64,000 bases of DNA from a virus, in the IMG/VR virus record IMGVR_UViG_3300032157_000003; one strand, given 5' to 3'. Made by a program: the position numbers and the translations under genes. Positions 9,530 through 18,203 of this stretch are shown here, in pieces. Under the pieces are notes generated by a model that was given only the letters and a program-made list of their open reading frames with translations, searched no databases and was not told the origin of the DNA. Numbering within the stretch: position 1 is the first letter of the stretch; each line of letters opens with the position of its first letter.

Positions 9530-9972
9530 AGGAAGTCCTTCAGACGCAGGTTCAGGCAGCCAGCCGCCTGTTCCAGAACTTCCATCTCAGCCGGAACCTG
9601 AATCTCGCCATCCGCCTCAGCGACGGTCAGCATGAAGTTCAGGACGATGCCAGCGTTGTCCGGGTCGTGCGCCAAATCCCCCAGCTCTTTCTTCGCGTTC
9701 ATGCGAATGATGCGAGCGCCCCCTTCCAGATAGTCAGCCTTGGCGCGATCAATGATCAGGCCCAGCTCAGCCCCAAAGCCGGCCAGTTGCGGCGCGTTGC
9801 GCAGCAGGCGGTCGGTCTTGTCCATTTCCTTCGTTCCGATCTCCCCGTCAGCACTGGCCACCCAGTAGCAGCCGTAGATCGCAGCCTGTGCAAGGTCGCG
9901 GTTCTCGAACTTCACGACGGCCTGAGTGGCTTTACGTGCGTTACGACCGAACATTTTCCCCAAACCCAACAT
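9526..9972 (-). CDS. terB: TerB-family tellurite resistance protein
   Basis: VASADGEIGTKE and TVAEADGEIQVPAEMEVL: the paired ADG.I motifs of TerB. Confidence 0.85.
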   Translation of the reverse strand: MLGLGKMFGRNARKATQAVVKFENRDLAQAAIYGCYWVASADGEIGTKEMDKTDRLLRNAPQLAGFGAELGLIIDRAKADYLEGGARIIRMNAKKELGDLAHDPDNAGIVLNFMLTVAEADGEIQVPAEMEVLEQAAGCLNLRLKDFL

Positions 9973-9989
9973 ATGTATTCCCCTAGTGC

Positions 9990-10214
9990 TTATTGGCCGG
10001 ACGATTCCGGCTTAGTTTTCCTGTCTGCGCGGTTGCTACAGATCAGGTGGTTTTGCCTGTGGCTCAAATGCCAAGGCGTTTCATGGTGGCAATCGGGACA
10101 GTGGACAAAGCCCACCGGATCGCCCGGTTGCACATCATTCATCTCCTGCATATGGCAGGTTGCAAGTCTTACAACGTCAGGGTTGCCGCAGTTTGCGCAG
10201 TGGTGCTCCGCCAT
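9990..10214 (-). CDS. small Zn-ribbon protein
   Basis: CANCG...CPDC. Confidence 0.55.
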   Translation of the reverse strand: MAEHHCANCGNPDVVRLATCHMQEMNDVQPGDPVGFVHCPDCHHETPWHLSHRQNHLICSNRADRKTKPESSGQ

Positions 10215-10226
10215 GGCGTCCTCTTC

Positions 10227-10448
10227 TTAGCTGTAACCGCGTTTGAAGTTCACCCCCCGAATCCAGAGTTTGGAGTGGGTATCAAACACAGCATTGCCAG
10301 GATTCTGCTGACGGTAAAGCGAGAAATCGCGGGTGGCCGTAGCCGGGGCAATGCCGAAGTAGTCCTCCAACTGGTCAGGCCCCACGCTGCCGTAGTGCAG
10401 CAGCAGGAAGTCGATCAGGCGCAGGCGTTGCTCTACGGCGTACCTCAT
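10227..10448 (-). CDS. stand-alone CapW/BrxR-like winged-HTH protein (copy 1)
   Basis: EQRLRLIDFLL..G.V....L.DYFGI....ATRDFSLY....PGN..FD...K.W.R...F resembles the N-terminal wHTH of WYL regulators; no WYL/WCX domain. Confidence 0.7.
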   Translation of the reverse strand: MRYAVEQRLRLIDFLLLHYGSVGPDQLEDYFGIAPATATRDFSLYRQQNPGNAVFDTHSKLWIRGVNFKRGYS

Positions 10449-10675
10449 CTCTCCGGCAGCTCCAGCAGTTGCTCATGGGTCAGGTGCGGAACTTCCCGGC
10501 TGCGCCCCGGCTGGCTGTACAGGTAGCAGGCCTTGACCGCAGTGAAGACGTCTTCAATCAGAATCCGACAGAACTTCTTGCGGTCATAGCTGAGCACCAC
10601 GCAATCGCGCACAGGTGCCAGCGCCCCTGCCTTGTCCCCGAGTTCGACAAACGAGAAGTCGGTCCACGCCTTCAT
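10445..10675 (-). CDS. hypothetical protein
   Basis: MKAWTDFSFVELGD...VLSYDRKKFC; coupled to both neighbours. Confidence 0.7.
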   Translation of the reverse strand: MKAWTDFSFVELGDKAGALAPVRDCVVLSYDRKKFCRILIEDVFTAVKACYLYSQPGRSREVPHLTHEQLLELPER

Positions 10676-11127
10676 TGCAGCGGGTTCCTTTGGTGCGAGT
10701 GCATGACCCGTTCGTAGGCCTGACAGGTCGGGCAGCACTTGTCCCACTGCGGCACGCTGGTCAGGTGGCCGTTGATCTGCTCGGCCAGTTCGTTGCCCAT
10801 GGCTTGGTCGCAGCCTTCATTCAGGGCCACGCGCCACGACACCAGTTGTTCCACCGGCACCGGGATGCGGTCCCATGGATTGAAGATCACCGGGGCCAGA
10901 ACAGGGGCTGGCGCCACCCGGTCCCATTCCATCGGGGATTCCTGGCCGGTCCAGATCAGGTTGAAAATCTCCTGAGTGCTGATGTTTTTCGCAAAGTCTT
11001 TGCGATGCCAGCCGTGCATGAAGAACGGACAGTCGCCTTCACAGCGGATGAACACGGAGACGCTGGTGAACTCAGGGTTGCGGGTGTCGAAGCGCAACTC
11101 GTCGTAGAAAGAAATACAGTCAGCCAT
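10672..11127 (-). CDS. hypothetical protein
   Basis: 151 aa; RBS GGAGGG; contains an in-frame palindrome copy. Confidence 0.65.
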   Translation of the reverse strand: MADCISFYDELRFDTRNPEFTSVSVFIRCEGDCPFFMHGWHRKDFAKNISTQEIFNLIWTGQESPMEWDRVAPAPVLAPVIFNPWDRIPVPVEQLVSWRVALNEGCDQAMGNELAEQINGHLTSVPQWDKCCPTCQAYERVMHSHQRNPLQ

Positions 11128-11140
11128 GGTGACCCTCCAG

Positions 11141-11362
11141 TTATTCGTACACACGCGCAAACGTCGCGCTACGTTCCCAGCGTTTGGTGCTGGCGTTGTA
11201 TTCCATGTTGCCGTCTGCCATTTCCCGGTACATCGCGATGTCGAGGCTGGCCTGCGCCATGCTGATCCCGCTGTAGTTCATCAGCGCGTCCCGTTGGACA
11301 TAGCCGTAGTACGCCAGCAGGAAGTCGATCAGGAGCATGCGCCGTTCGATAGCGTAGTTCAT
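11141..11362 (-). CDS. stand-alone CapW/BrxR-like winged-HTH protein (copy 2)
   Basis: MNYAIERRMLLIDFLL...GISMAQASLDIAMY; 73 aa, 32/73 identical (ungapped) to 10227-10448; RBS GGGGGAGG. Confidence 0.75.
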   Translation of the reverse strand: MNYAIERRMLLIDFLLAYYGYVQRDALMNYSGISMAQASLDIAMYREMADGNMEYNASTKRWERSATFARVYE

Positions 11363-11730
11363 GCCTCCCCCTTGCCCGTGATCGGTCCGACCATGTAGGT
11401 CGGTGGGCGTGGTAGGCCCCCGCCAATCGGGCGCCACAGGTGCAGGCAGTTCGGGTGGAACGACACGTACTCGGAGTGCGGCGGATGGAGTTGCATCACG
11501 CAATCCTCCGGCCCCCAGCACAGGTCTTTGATCCGGTTCATAACCTGCCAGCTCGGCATCACGTCAGGGTTGCTCACGCTGACGTGTTCCCAGCCGTCGC
11601 CGTCACCGGCCATGATTTTCCACTCCACGCCAAGGTAGACGACGAGGAACATGCCGTTGTTGCCGTAGCTTTCATCGGAGCCGAACAGCCCTTCACGGAC
11701 CCGACACCTTTCAGGAACCTTGAATGTCAT
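11359..11730 (-). CDS. conserved phage protein (DUF7694-like)
   Basis: GWEHVSVS...PSWQVMNRIKDLCWGPEDCVMQLHPPHSEYVSFHPNCLHLWRP. Confidence 0.75.
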   Translation of the reverse strand: MTFKVPERCRVREGLFGSDESYGNNGMFLVVYLGVEWKIMAGDGDGWEHVSVSNPDVMPSWQVMNRIKDLCWGPEDCVMQLHPPHSEYVSFHPNCLHLWRPIGGGLPRPPTYMVGPITGKGEA

Positions 11731-12016
11731 TTTTCTTCTCCATGATCCGGTAGCCCATCTTGCGATAGGCCTCTTCAAAGCGTTTCTGCCAAACGGCCCG
11801 CGCTGCCTGGAAACGCTCGTAGCGCTCTTCGTGGTCGGCAGACCCTGCCAGCGTGCCCATCCAGAAGCCAACGATCATGTTGATGAACAGCACCACCCAG
11901 ACGTTCCAGCCGGCCACTTCCAGCAGCATCAGATGCAGGCAGAAGGTTGCCAGCATGCCCATCCAGAAGCGCCATCCCAGCAGGCTGTCCCTGAGCACGT
12001 TTAGGAATCTGCGCAT
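11711..12016 (-). CDS. membrane protein
   Basis: Two hydrophobic segments. Confidence 0.6.
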   Translation of the reverse strand: MRRFLNVLRDSLLGWRFWMGMLATFCLHLMLLEVAGWNVWVVLFINMIVGFWMGTLAGSADHEERYERFQAARAVWQKRFEEAYRKMGYRIMEKKNDIQGS

Positions 12017-12207
12017 TGCTCTGGCTCCACTTTCACCATGCGGTCAACGAAGTCCGCAGGCAGTCGGTTGTACAACTGGCCGGTCTTCAGGTCGCGGTAC
12101 ACGAGCGTGGTTAGGCCCCGGTAGGTGCCCGCACTGATGCAGGCACCCAGCAGTTCGTAACGGCTGTCGGGCACGCCGACGTAGGTGTAAATGTCCCCAT
12201 CACTCAT
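12001..12207 (-). CDS. small protein (DUF1653-like)
   Basis: LVYRDLKTGQLYNRLPADF pattern. Confidence 0.5.
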   Translation of the reverse strand: MSDGDIYTYVGVPDSRYELLGACISAGTYRGLTTLVYRDLKTGQLYNRLPADFVDRMVKVEPEQCADS

Positions 12208-12614
12208 GGCCAACCTCCCCCCAATGGATATTCGAGTTCAATCAGTTCCTCGACGGCCCGCATAACGTCGCGGTACGCCAACTCGTGATTGTTCAGCACG
12301 TACAGCTCCAACTTGAACAACGCCACCGCATGCAACCCGTCGTATTTATTCTTCTCAACGTAGTGCGCCATGCTGATTGGCAGCGTGCTTCGACGTCGCT
12401 GCCAGTTATCGAACGGCATCAGTTCGGCGCGAAGTTTCAGGCAGTGCTGCGCCTTCTCCAAGTCCTGATAGCCGTTCTTCTTTTTAAAGCGTGACAGATA
12501 TTTCAAGGCGGTATGCGCAGCCGCATCCCAGCCATTTTTCACAGAGAACTCCATCGGTTGAAGCAACATGCCTTTGTAATGCTTACCACCAATTTGCTCT
12601 TCTAGTGCCCCCAT
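12204..12614 (-). CDS. DUF3310 / T7 gp1.7-like putative nucleotide kinase
   Basis: QIGGKHYK..QPMEF...ALKYLSRFKKKNGYQDLEKA. Confidence 0.8.
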   Translation of the reverse strand: MGALEEQIGGKHYKGMLLQPMEFSVKNGWDAAAHTALKYLSRFKKKNGYQDLEKAQHCLKLRAELMPFDNWQRRRSTLPISMAHYVEKNKYDGLHAVALFKLELYVLNNHELAYRDVMRAVEELIELEYPLGGGWP

Positions 12615-12617
12615 TTT

Positions 12618-12842
12618 TTAATCCTTTTCCCTCAATCGTTTGTCAGAGTTAAAGTTGATTCGACGCTTGCCTTCAAAGTTCAGGCGAGCATAGAACGTGC
12701 CCAAGCCGGGGATTCGCAGGCGGTCGTCTTCCCAGAGAGCGTCTGCGATGGAGCTGATCATTGCCTCCAGCATGCGCTCGGCGGATCGGCGGTCTACGCC
12801 CGACTTGGCCGCGATGCGGTCCACCAGTTCTGTCTTCAGCAT
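12618..12842 (-). CDS. HU/IHF-like DNA-binding protein (short arm)
   Basis: MLKTELVDRIAAKSGVDRRSAERMLEAMISSIADAL..DDRLRIPGLGTF; 74 aa. Confidence 0.85.
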   Translation of the reverse strand: MLKTELVDRIAAKSGVDRRSAERMLEAMISSIADALWEDDRLRIPGLGTFYARLNFEGKRRINFNSDKRLREKD

Positions 12843-12895
12843 GGCTGTTTCCTCTGGCCCCCAACTGTATGGGAGCCTTATGCGTAAGTGGGTCC

Positions 12896-12924
12896 ATTGT
12901 ACACTATATGGATACTATTGTCAA
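12896..12924 (-). promoter_or_regulatory. sigma70 promoter
   Basis: TTGACA-N17-TACAAT on the minus strand upstream of the HU-like gene. Confidence 0.8.
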
Positions 12925-12934
12925 CCCCTATATT

Positions 12935-13453
12935 TTACTCACTTTGCGCTTCCCGTGGCGCGAAGCACTGGCGCAGATGGGTCGTCATCAGGTGTGCTGA
13001 CCGGTTCGCCTGCGACACCCCCAGGTCCGCGAAGTCGAAGTCGTACAGGGGTTTGGCTTCCCAGTCCTCCAAGACGCCGAACACCGTCAGCCCCTTCTGC
13101 GTCGTCTTCATCTCGAACTCGATGAAGTGGTGCAGGACGTCCACGTTGTCCCTGTACAGGTAGGACCACTCCGGCGGACGACCCCCGGTCAGCTCAATGT
13201 TGCGAGCCGTTACCGAGTCGAAGGCCTCCCTGAGCCCTTCGTCGCTGACCATGCCGCCCTGCTCCAAGGCAGTCTCAGCACGGGCGGCGCGCTCCCCCAC
13301 CCGAACGATGGTCAGGGTCAGCGCCTTGCTGATTCGCTTCAGGTCGGCGCTGCCCATCTTGTCCAGAATCTTGGGGTCGCGGATAACTTCCTTGATCGTG
13401 TCGGCCCACTCGTTCTGCTTGTCTACCACTGCATACTTCAACTTGTTAGCCAC
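12935..13453 (-). CDS. hypothetical protein
   Basis: 172 aa, GTG start, RBS AGGA. Confidence 0.65.
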   Translation of the reverse strand: MANKLKYAVVDKQNEWADTIKEVIRDPKILDKMGSADLKRISKALTLTIVRVGERAARAETALEQGGMVSDEGLREAFDSVTARNIELTGGRPPEWSYLYRDNVDVLHHFIEFEMKTTQKGLTVFGVLEDWEAKPLYDFDFADLGVSQANRSAHLMTTHLRQCFAPREAQSE

Positions 13454-13484
13454 CGGGGTATTCCTTTCGCAAAATGCTTTGTAA

Positions 13485-14915
13485 TTATTCTTCGGGGAAG
13501 TTTTCTTTCTCGATCAAGTACGTGTCGATCACTGTCCGAAGTTGTTTCGCTGTTTGTGCCAGCGCATAACCTTCAACGTCGCTCACCGTGGTGCGGATCA
13601 AGTAGCACAACTGCTTCATCAGCAAGTTGCCGGCGATCTGCACCGCCCACACGCCTTCCATTTCCAGAACTTCGTCGTTCCAGTAGAGCTGCCGCTGCAA
13701 CCACTCTAAGGTGCTGATCAAGTGGGTGCGGCTCACCATCTGGAAGTTGTAGGTGCTGCTGTACGCGAATGGCATACCCTTGCCGCACAGCAGGGTGTTG
13801 GCGATCATCGGCAGCCACGTGCTGCACGCTGGCACCTGATCAGCCTCAATCAGGGCGTCGTCGTCAGTGTCGCGGTCGGCCAGTTCGCACAGCCACAGCG
13901 GGAGGACTTCCATGAAGCCGGTGGCGTCGTGGTGCGCGAGTGAGCAGGAGAGCAGCCCTGTCCCGTCCGGCTCCAGCCACAGCTTGCCGCTGCGGATCGT
14001 GAAGTCGGAGTCGACCTTCAGCCTGTCCGCCAGTGCCGCGCCGTCCACGGCGCAGTCGGTGTAGCCGGTGGCGCCATCCCAACGGATGCGGTTGGCGATG
14101 ACCTTCAGCCGGTACGGCTCAGGCAGGCTGTGCTGCTTGGCGTGCTCGACCAGCGCATCGACCAGCGTTCCCAGGTGCTCGACGTAATCGTCCCACTCTT
14201 CCGAGGCGTCAAAGAGGTCGTCGCCTTCTTCATCGGGGATGGAGTCGGCCTCCCCCAACTTGGCGCGCTGTGTCCAGCCGCAGCGGGTGCAGCGCACGTA
14301 GGGTCCGCTGAGGTGTTCAAAGCCGGTGCAGTCGCAGGCCTCTTCCAACATCTCCGGCAAGTCCTTCGGCGTTGGCGTACCGGCCCACCCAAACGGTTTC
14401 TTGATGGTTTCGCTGTGCCCGCAACTGTCGCAATCCAGCGTGAAGAACAGGTCGAGCTGGTCCTGCCACAGGTCATGGAGGTCATAGGAGAAGGTGCCTT
14501 GCAGCTTGGCCTTCACTTCCCCGTTCTGGTCGTACAGGCCGTTCTCGTCGATCAGCGCAACGACCAGCCGGCGCATGGCGTCCCGCTGCGAGTTCTCCTT
14601 GCGGTTGTCGAAGTCCGCCACCGCGCTGAGCAGCGCGTGGGTGTGGTTCACGGGGAGGCTGGCCCAGCGCCGCGCAACGACGTGTTGGCGGTGCATCCTC
14701 TTGGCCACCATCCCCTTCATAGCCTTCGGCACACCCAGCAGGTCCATGTTGAGCATGGCGCGCAGCAGGATGTACGTCAGCTCTGGCTTGTCCGCCATGC
14801 GCAGTTGCTGGAAGGCCAGCGCCGAAACGCCGTGCTTGTTCAGCAGCGCAGGGAGCTGGTGGAAGTGGGTCAGCGCGCCGTAGTTCGGGCCGTAGGTAAA
14901 GAAACGATCGTTCAT
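13485..14915 (-). CDS. hypothetical protein with CxxC Zn-ribbon motifs
   Basis: 476 aa; CDSCG and CTRCG motifs; leader motif and palindrome upstream. Confidence 0.75.
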   Translation of the reverse strand: MNDRFFTYGPNYGALTHFHQLPALLNKHGVSALAFQQLRMADKPELTYILLRAMLNMDLLGVPKAMKGMVAKRMHRQHVVARRWASLPVNHTHALLSAVADFDNRKENSQRDAMRRLVVALIDENGLYDQNGEVKAKLQGTFSYDLHDLWQDQLDLFFTLDCDSCGHSETIKKPFGWAGTPTPKDLPEMLEEACDCTGFEHLSGPYVRCTRCGWTQRAKLGEADSIPDEEGDDLFDASEEWDDYVEHLGTLVDALVEHAKQHSLPEPYRLKVIANRIRWDGATGYTDCAVDGAALADRLKVDSDFTIRSGKLWLEPDGTGLLSCSLAHHDATGFMEVLPLWLCELADRDTDDDALIEADQVPACSTWLPMIANTLLCGKGMPFAYSSTYNFQMVSRTHLISTLEWLQRQLYWNDEVLEMEGVWAVQIAGNLLMKQLCYLIRTTVSDVEGYALAQTAKQLRTVIDTYLIEKENFPEE

Positions 14916-14968
14916 GATGCTGTCCTCTCTGAAGGTGACTCGCAAAGACTTTGCGAGCGATGGAACGC

Positions 14969-15586
14969 TTAGTTGTCCGTCACCGCCGGAATCTCGCGGT
15001 GGCAGTGGTCGCAGGTGAGCTGGTTCCCCGGCTCTTCGTAGTTCACCGACCAGCCATTGACCAGATAGTCAAAGTCGGTTTCGTTGCGCATGGCGTAGAC
15101 CACCGTGACCATCTCCTGCCGAACGCAGGATTGGCACAACGCCCGGTCCGTCGCCGTGGTGAAGTAGGCGTGTTCCTTCAACGCCAACTTGTTCATCGCC
15201 CGCAGAGTGGCGGCGAGCTGCCGTCCGGTGCGGATGTCCGAACACAGGTGTTCGTAGCCCAGCCGCAGCGCACGCGGCACCGGAACCGACCTGAAGTCGT
15301 ACAGGGTGCCGTCCACCACGCCCAGATAGCTGCGCGCCTTGATCAGGCTGCTCAGGTAGGCGTGGCGGGCGTTGGCCCGTTCCTCGCTGGTGAAAAACTC
15401 CGGCTCACAGATGCCTGGAATGTGCAGCAGCCAGCCATGTACCTTCGCCGGCCTCTTCACCCAGTTGCACGCCGATGGCCAGCTCACCCACTGAAAGTGG
15501 GGTTGTGGCTTGGCCGGCGGGAAGGGCACGCACTCCAGATCGAGCAGGTAGTGGAATCCATTCAAACGCTGTTGTTCAACGATCAT
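14969..15586 (-). CDS. hypothetical protein
   Basis: 205 aa; CQSC and CDHC motifs. Confidence 0.65.
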   Translation of the reverse strand: MIVEQQRLNGFHYLLDLECVPFPPAKPQPHFQWVSWPSACNWVKRPAKVHGWLLHIPGICEPEFFTSEERANARHAYLSSLIKARSYLGVVDGTLYDFRSVPVPRALRLGYEHLCSDIRTGRQLAATLRAMNKLALKEHAYFTTATDRALCQSCVRQEMVTVVYAMRNETDFDYLVNGWSVNYEEPGNQLTCDHCHREIPAVTDN

Positions 15587-15595
15587 CCTGAAGCC

Positions 15596-15853
15596 TCAGT
15601 GCAAGGTGTGAAGGGACAAGGTATCGGTGTCACCGTTGCCGTTAACCATCGTCACCGTGCGCTGTGGGCGGCACGGATCGAAGGCTTCCAACAGGTCGGT
15701 GGCGTTGACCCTTTCCGCCGGGTTCACCAAACGGCGATAGCCCGACAAACACCTGAGCAATTCGGTCTCCTGATGACAGAAGAACACGTACTCACGCGGG
15801 TGCTCGTCAACGACGACGGACCTCCGCTGCTTGCTTACAACCTTGCACAACAT
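15596..15853 (-). CDS. hypothetical protein
   Basis: ORF in operon orientation. Confidence 0.55.
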   Translation of the reverse strand: MLCKVVSKQRRSVVVDEHPREYVFFCHQETELLRCLSGYRRLVNPAERVNATDLLEAFDPCRPQRTVTMVNGNGDTDTLSLHTLH

Positions 15854-15939
15854 GGCTGCCACCCCCACCGTTTCTTATTCTGCTTCCTGCGTAGAACATA
15901 GACGAAGCGAGGGCTCAGTACATAGTTTGTTTCTGCATA

Positions 15940-16311
15940 TCAAACCGGAGTTACTACCCCTTCATGTAGCAGTCGGCGCATCCGGTCAACTGACGCCTTG
16001 CACCCTCGCGAATCGGTGGTGCTGTCCTCCCGGTGCAGGGCGAAGGTGATCCGCGCATTCCGTGGGCCGATCCGTTCGGCGGCGTTGGTCAGCACCGCAG
16101 CCAGCGCCCGCAGCGCCACTTCCTCAGCACCCAGCGTCTGTACCTGAGCCAGCAGATTGCGCCGGTCAGCGCTCAGCAGAACGCCAAGCTCTTCCTCCAT
16201 GCGCAGGACCAGCACAGGCAGCAGGGCGTCCAGCGAACAGCAGAGCTGGAAAGCCCTTTCCCGGTCGCCGTCTGACGCGCCGGGTAGTAATTCGATATTG
16301 AACTTGGACAT
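15940..16311 (-). CDS. hypothetical protein
   Basis: 123 aa; RBS GGAGG. Confidence 0.65.
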   Translation of the reverse strand: MSKFNIELLPGASDGDRERAFQLCCSLDALLPVLVLRMEEELGVLLSADRRNLLAQVQTLGAEEVALRALAAVLTNAAERIGPRNARITFALHREDSTTDSRGCKASVDRMRRLLHEGVVTPV

Positions 16312-16334
16312 CTTAGTTCCTCCGAGGGGGGTAG

Positions 16335-16366
16335 TCCCCGGTGGCAGTGTACACTGCCACCGGGGA
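16335..16366. repeat. perfect 32-bp palindrome
   Basis: TCCCCGGTGGCAGTGT|ACACTGCCACCGGGGA, no loop, intergenic. Confidence 0.9.
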
Positions 16367-16370
16367 GCTG

Positions 16371-17054
16371 TCAGATGGCCTCTTCGTCAGCGGCGGTCAG
16401 CCCCCCTTGTTTGCCGTCCAGCCGATCAAGCCCTGACTCAGCAGCCAGAATGTTGACCGCTTCATAGGGCTTCAGCTTGTCCTCCATCAGCCCTGCGACC
16501 ACCTGCGGCTTTTCGTAGTAGGTGTCGTTCAACTCCAGGCCATAGAAGCGCTTCAGGTGGGCCTCCAACTTGCGGGTGTAGACCTCCTGCTCCGATTGGT
16601 CACCGGGCAGCAGCGGCAGGCGGGCCTCCACCGCCCAGCGCTTGATCATCACCTTCATCTCTGCGAGCTCCGGCACCATCCAGTTGTCCGAGATTTGGTA
16701 CCAGTCCTTGTCGGAGGTTTCGCGCAGCAGGAAGCTCGCAAAGTCTTTGCGTTTATGGTCAGGCCAGTGGAAGGCCGGTTCGAGGAAGTCGTAGGCGAAC
16801 ACGCCGACGCCCTGTTCCTCTAGCGCCTCCCAATCGACCATGGACTTCAGGGTTTGGCAGGCGTAGGTGGCGTACATCAGCGCGCCACCCATCAGCCGGT
16901 CGAAGCCCGTGTTGATCCGGGCCGACAGGTTCTTCTTGTTGCCCTTGGCGTCCAAGTCCATGTACAGCAGCTTGGCCAGCCCGCCGAACAGGGTTCCGAC
17001 GTCAATGTCATCGCCACGGGCAATGGTCACGCTATCCAGCCTTGTCAGGTTCAT
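16371..17054 (-). CDS. hypothetical protein
   Basis: 227 aa; ATGA coupling. Confidence 0.7.
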   Translation of the reverse strand: MNLTRLDSVTIARGDDIDVGTLFGGLAKLLYMDLDAKGNKKNLSARINTGFDRLMGGALMYATYACQTLKSMVDWEALEEQGVGVFAYDFLEPAFHWPDHKRKDFASFLLRETSDKDWYQISDNWMVPELAEMKVMIKRWAVEARLPLLPGDQSEQEVYTRKLEAHLKRFYGLELNDTYYEKPQVVAGLMEDKLKPYEAVNILAAESGLDRLDGKQGGLTAADEEAI

Positions 17055-17308
17055 GATTGTTCCTCTCGCAGTTTCTTGTGGGCTGCCACCAGCACGTCGC
17101 GGTCCGCCCAGATGATCAGGGCTTCCCGCTTACGGGCGACCACCACGTCGTACAGCGTCTCGTGAGTGATGAAGGTCAGGTTGACTGACCCGTCCTTGTT
17201 GGTCTTCTGGTTGCCGGTCAGGCTACTGCCCAGCGTTTGATACGTCAGGTTGTCCACGCCGACTGCTTGCAGCAGGTCGATGAGGGTTACTTCCTTCTTG
17301 TCACTCAT
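17051..17308 (-). CDS. hypothetical protein
   Basis: Start MSDKKEV; 85 aa. Confidence 0.65.
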   Translation of the reverse strand: MSDKKEVTLIDLLQAVGVDNLTYQTLGSSLTGNQKTNKDGSVNLTFITHETLYDVVVARKREALIIWADRDVLVAAHKKLREEQS

Positions 17309-17693
17309 CGTCCACCCCCACACCGTTGAAGCGGCCCAGCCCCATGCGCAGGTACTCAAGCCCTTCCTCGTCCATGGCGCTGCCCCTGACCGTGCATTCG
17401 GCTGCGATTTCGTGCAGGTCGATGCCCCGCAGGATGTCGTAGTCAACCGCCGAGACCTTGCCTTCCCTTGCGTGAACCACCAGCACCTCCCGCACCGGCT
17501 TGAGCTCTTCGCTGGGCTCTTCGCTGTGGAAGGTGCCATCGGGAGTTAACCACGTCTCCAGCACGTCGCCGGTCTTGATCCGGGTGCCGTCCTTGTCCAG
17601 GCAGCGGGTATCCTCCACAGGCATGGATTGCCCCCGGATCATCACGGAGACCAAGCCCCAGACCACGTGGAGTACTTCGTCTAACTCGTCCAT
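17301..17693 (-). CDS. hypothetical protein
   Basis: Start MDELDEV after GAGGA. Confidence 0.6.
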   Translation of the reverse strand: MDELDEVLHVVWGLVSVMIRGQSMPVEDTRCLDKDGTRIKTGDVLETWLTPDGTFHSEEPSEELKPVREVLVVHAREGKVSAVDYDILRGIDLHEIAAECTVRGSAMDEEGLEYLRMGLGRFNGVGVDDE

Positions 17694-17703
17694 TGCATGT
17701 TCC

Positions 17704-18150
17704 TCAGTCGATGAACCCAGCAACAGCCCTGCCATCCATGAAGTCACCTTCCTTTTCCGACAGGTCGAACACGAACTCGCGCAGGTTCTGGTACAGGGTG
17801 GAATAATCGTTGGCCAGCTTGGCTTGCCCGTCCTCGTAGAACTTCCAGCTCAGCATGTTGACGACCAGCAGAGTCAGGCCGGCGCCGAACGCCACCGCCT
17901 GCATGTTGCAGTTGCTGTAGTAGTTGCTCGGAACCGTCACGTCGTAGGTCATATGGTCGGCGGGATACCAGAAGCCGACAGTGCCTTCTTCGTTGGTTAC
18001 GAAGTTCAGGCAGCCACCGTCATAGCTATCCTTGGCAAAGTCCCGCGCCATGGCACAGAAGGCGTTCTCCAGTGGCATGGCGAATACCCCGAACACCTTG
18101 TTCACGGCGTTCGCCATCTTGGTTGAGTCGCTTGGGGTGAATTGCTTCAT
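17704..18150 (-). CDS. antirestriction protein (ArdB/KlcA family)
   Basis: E..FCAMARDFAKDSYDGGCLNF...GFWYP...NYYS..MQAVAFG...Y..LREFV...AVAGFID matches the ArdB/KlcA pattern (YxGGxW, P, AG, terminal ID). Confidence 0.75.
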   Translation of the reverse strand: MKQFTPSDSTKMANAVNKVFGVFAMPLENAFCAMARDFAKDSYDGGCLNFVTNEEGTVGFWYPADHMTYDVTVPSNYYSNCNMQAVAFGAGLTLLVVNMLSWKFYEDGQAKLANDYSTLYQNLREFVFDLSEKEGDFMDGRAVAGFID

Positions 18151-18203
18151 GTTGCAGTCCTCGGTGAAGGGGGCTCGCAAAGTTATTTTGCGAGCCGGGT
18201 TGG

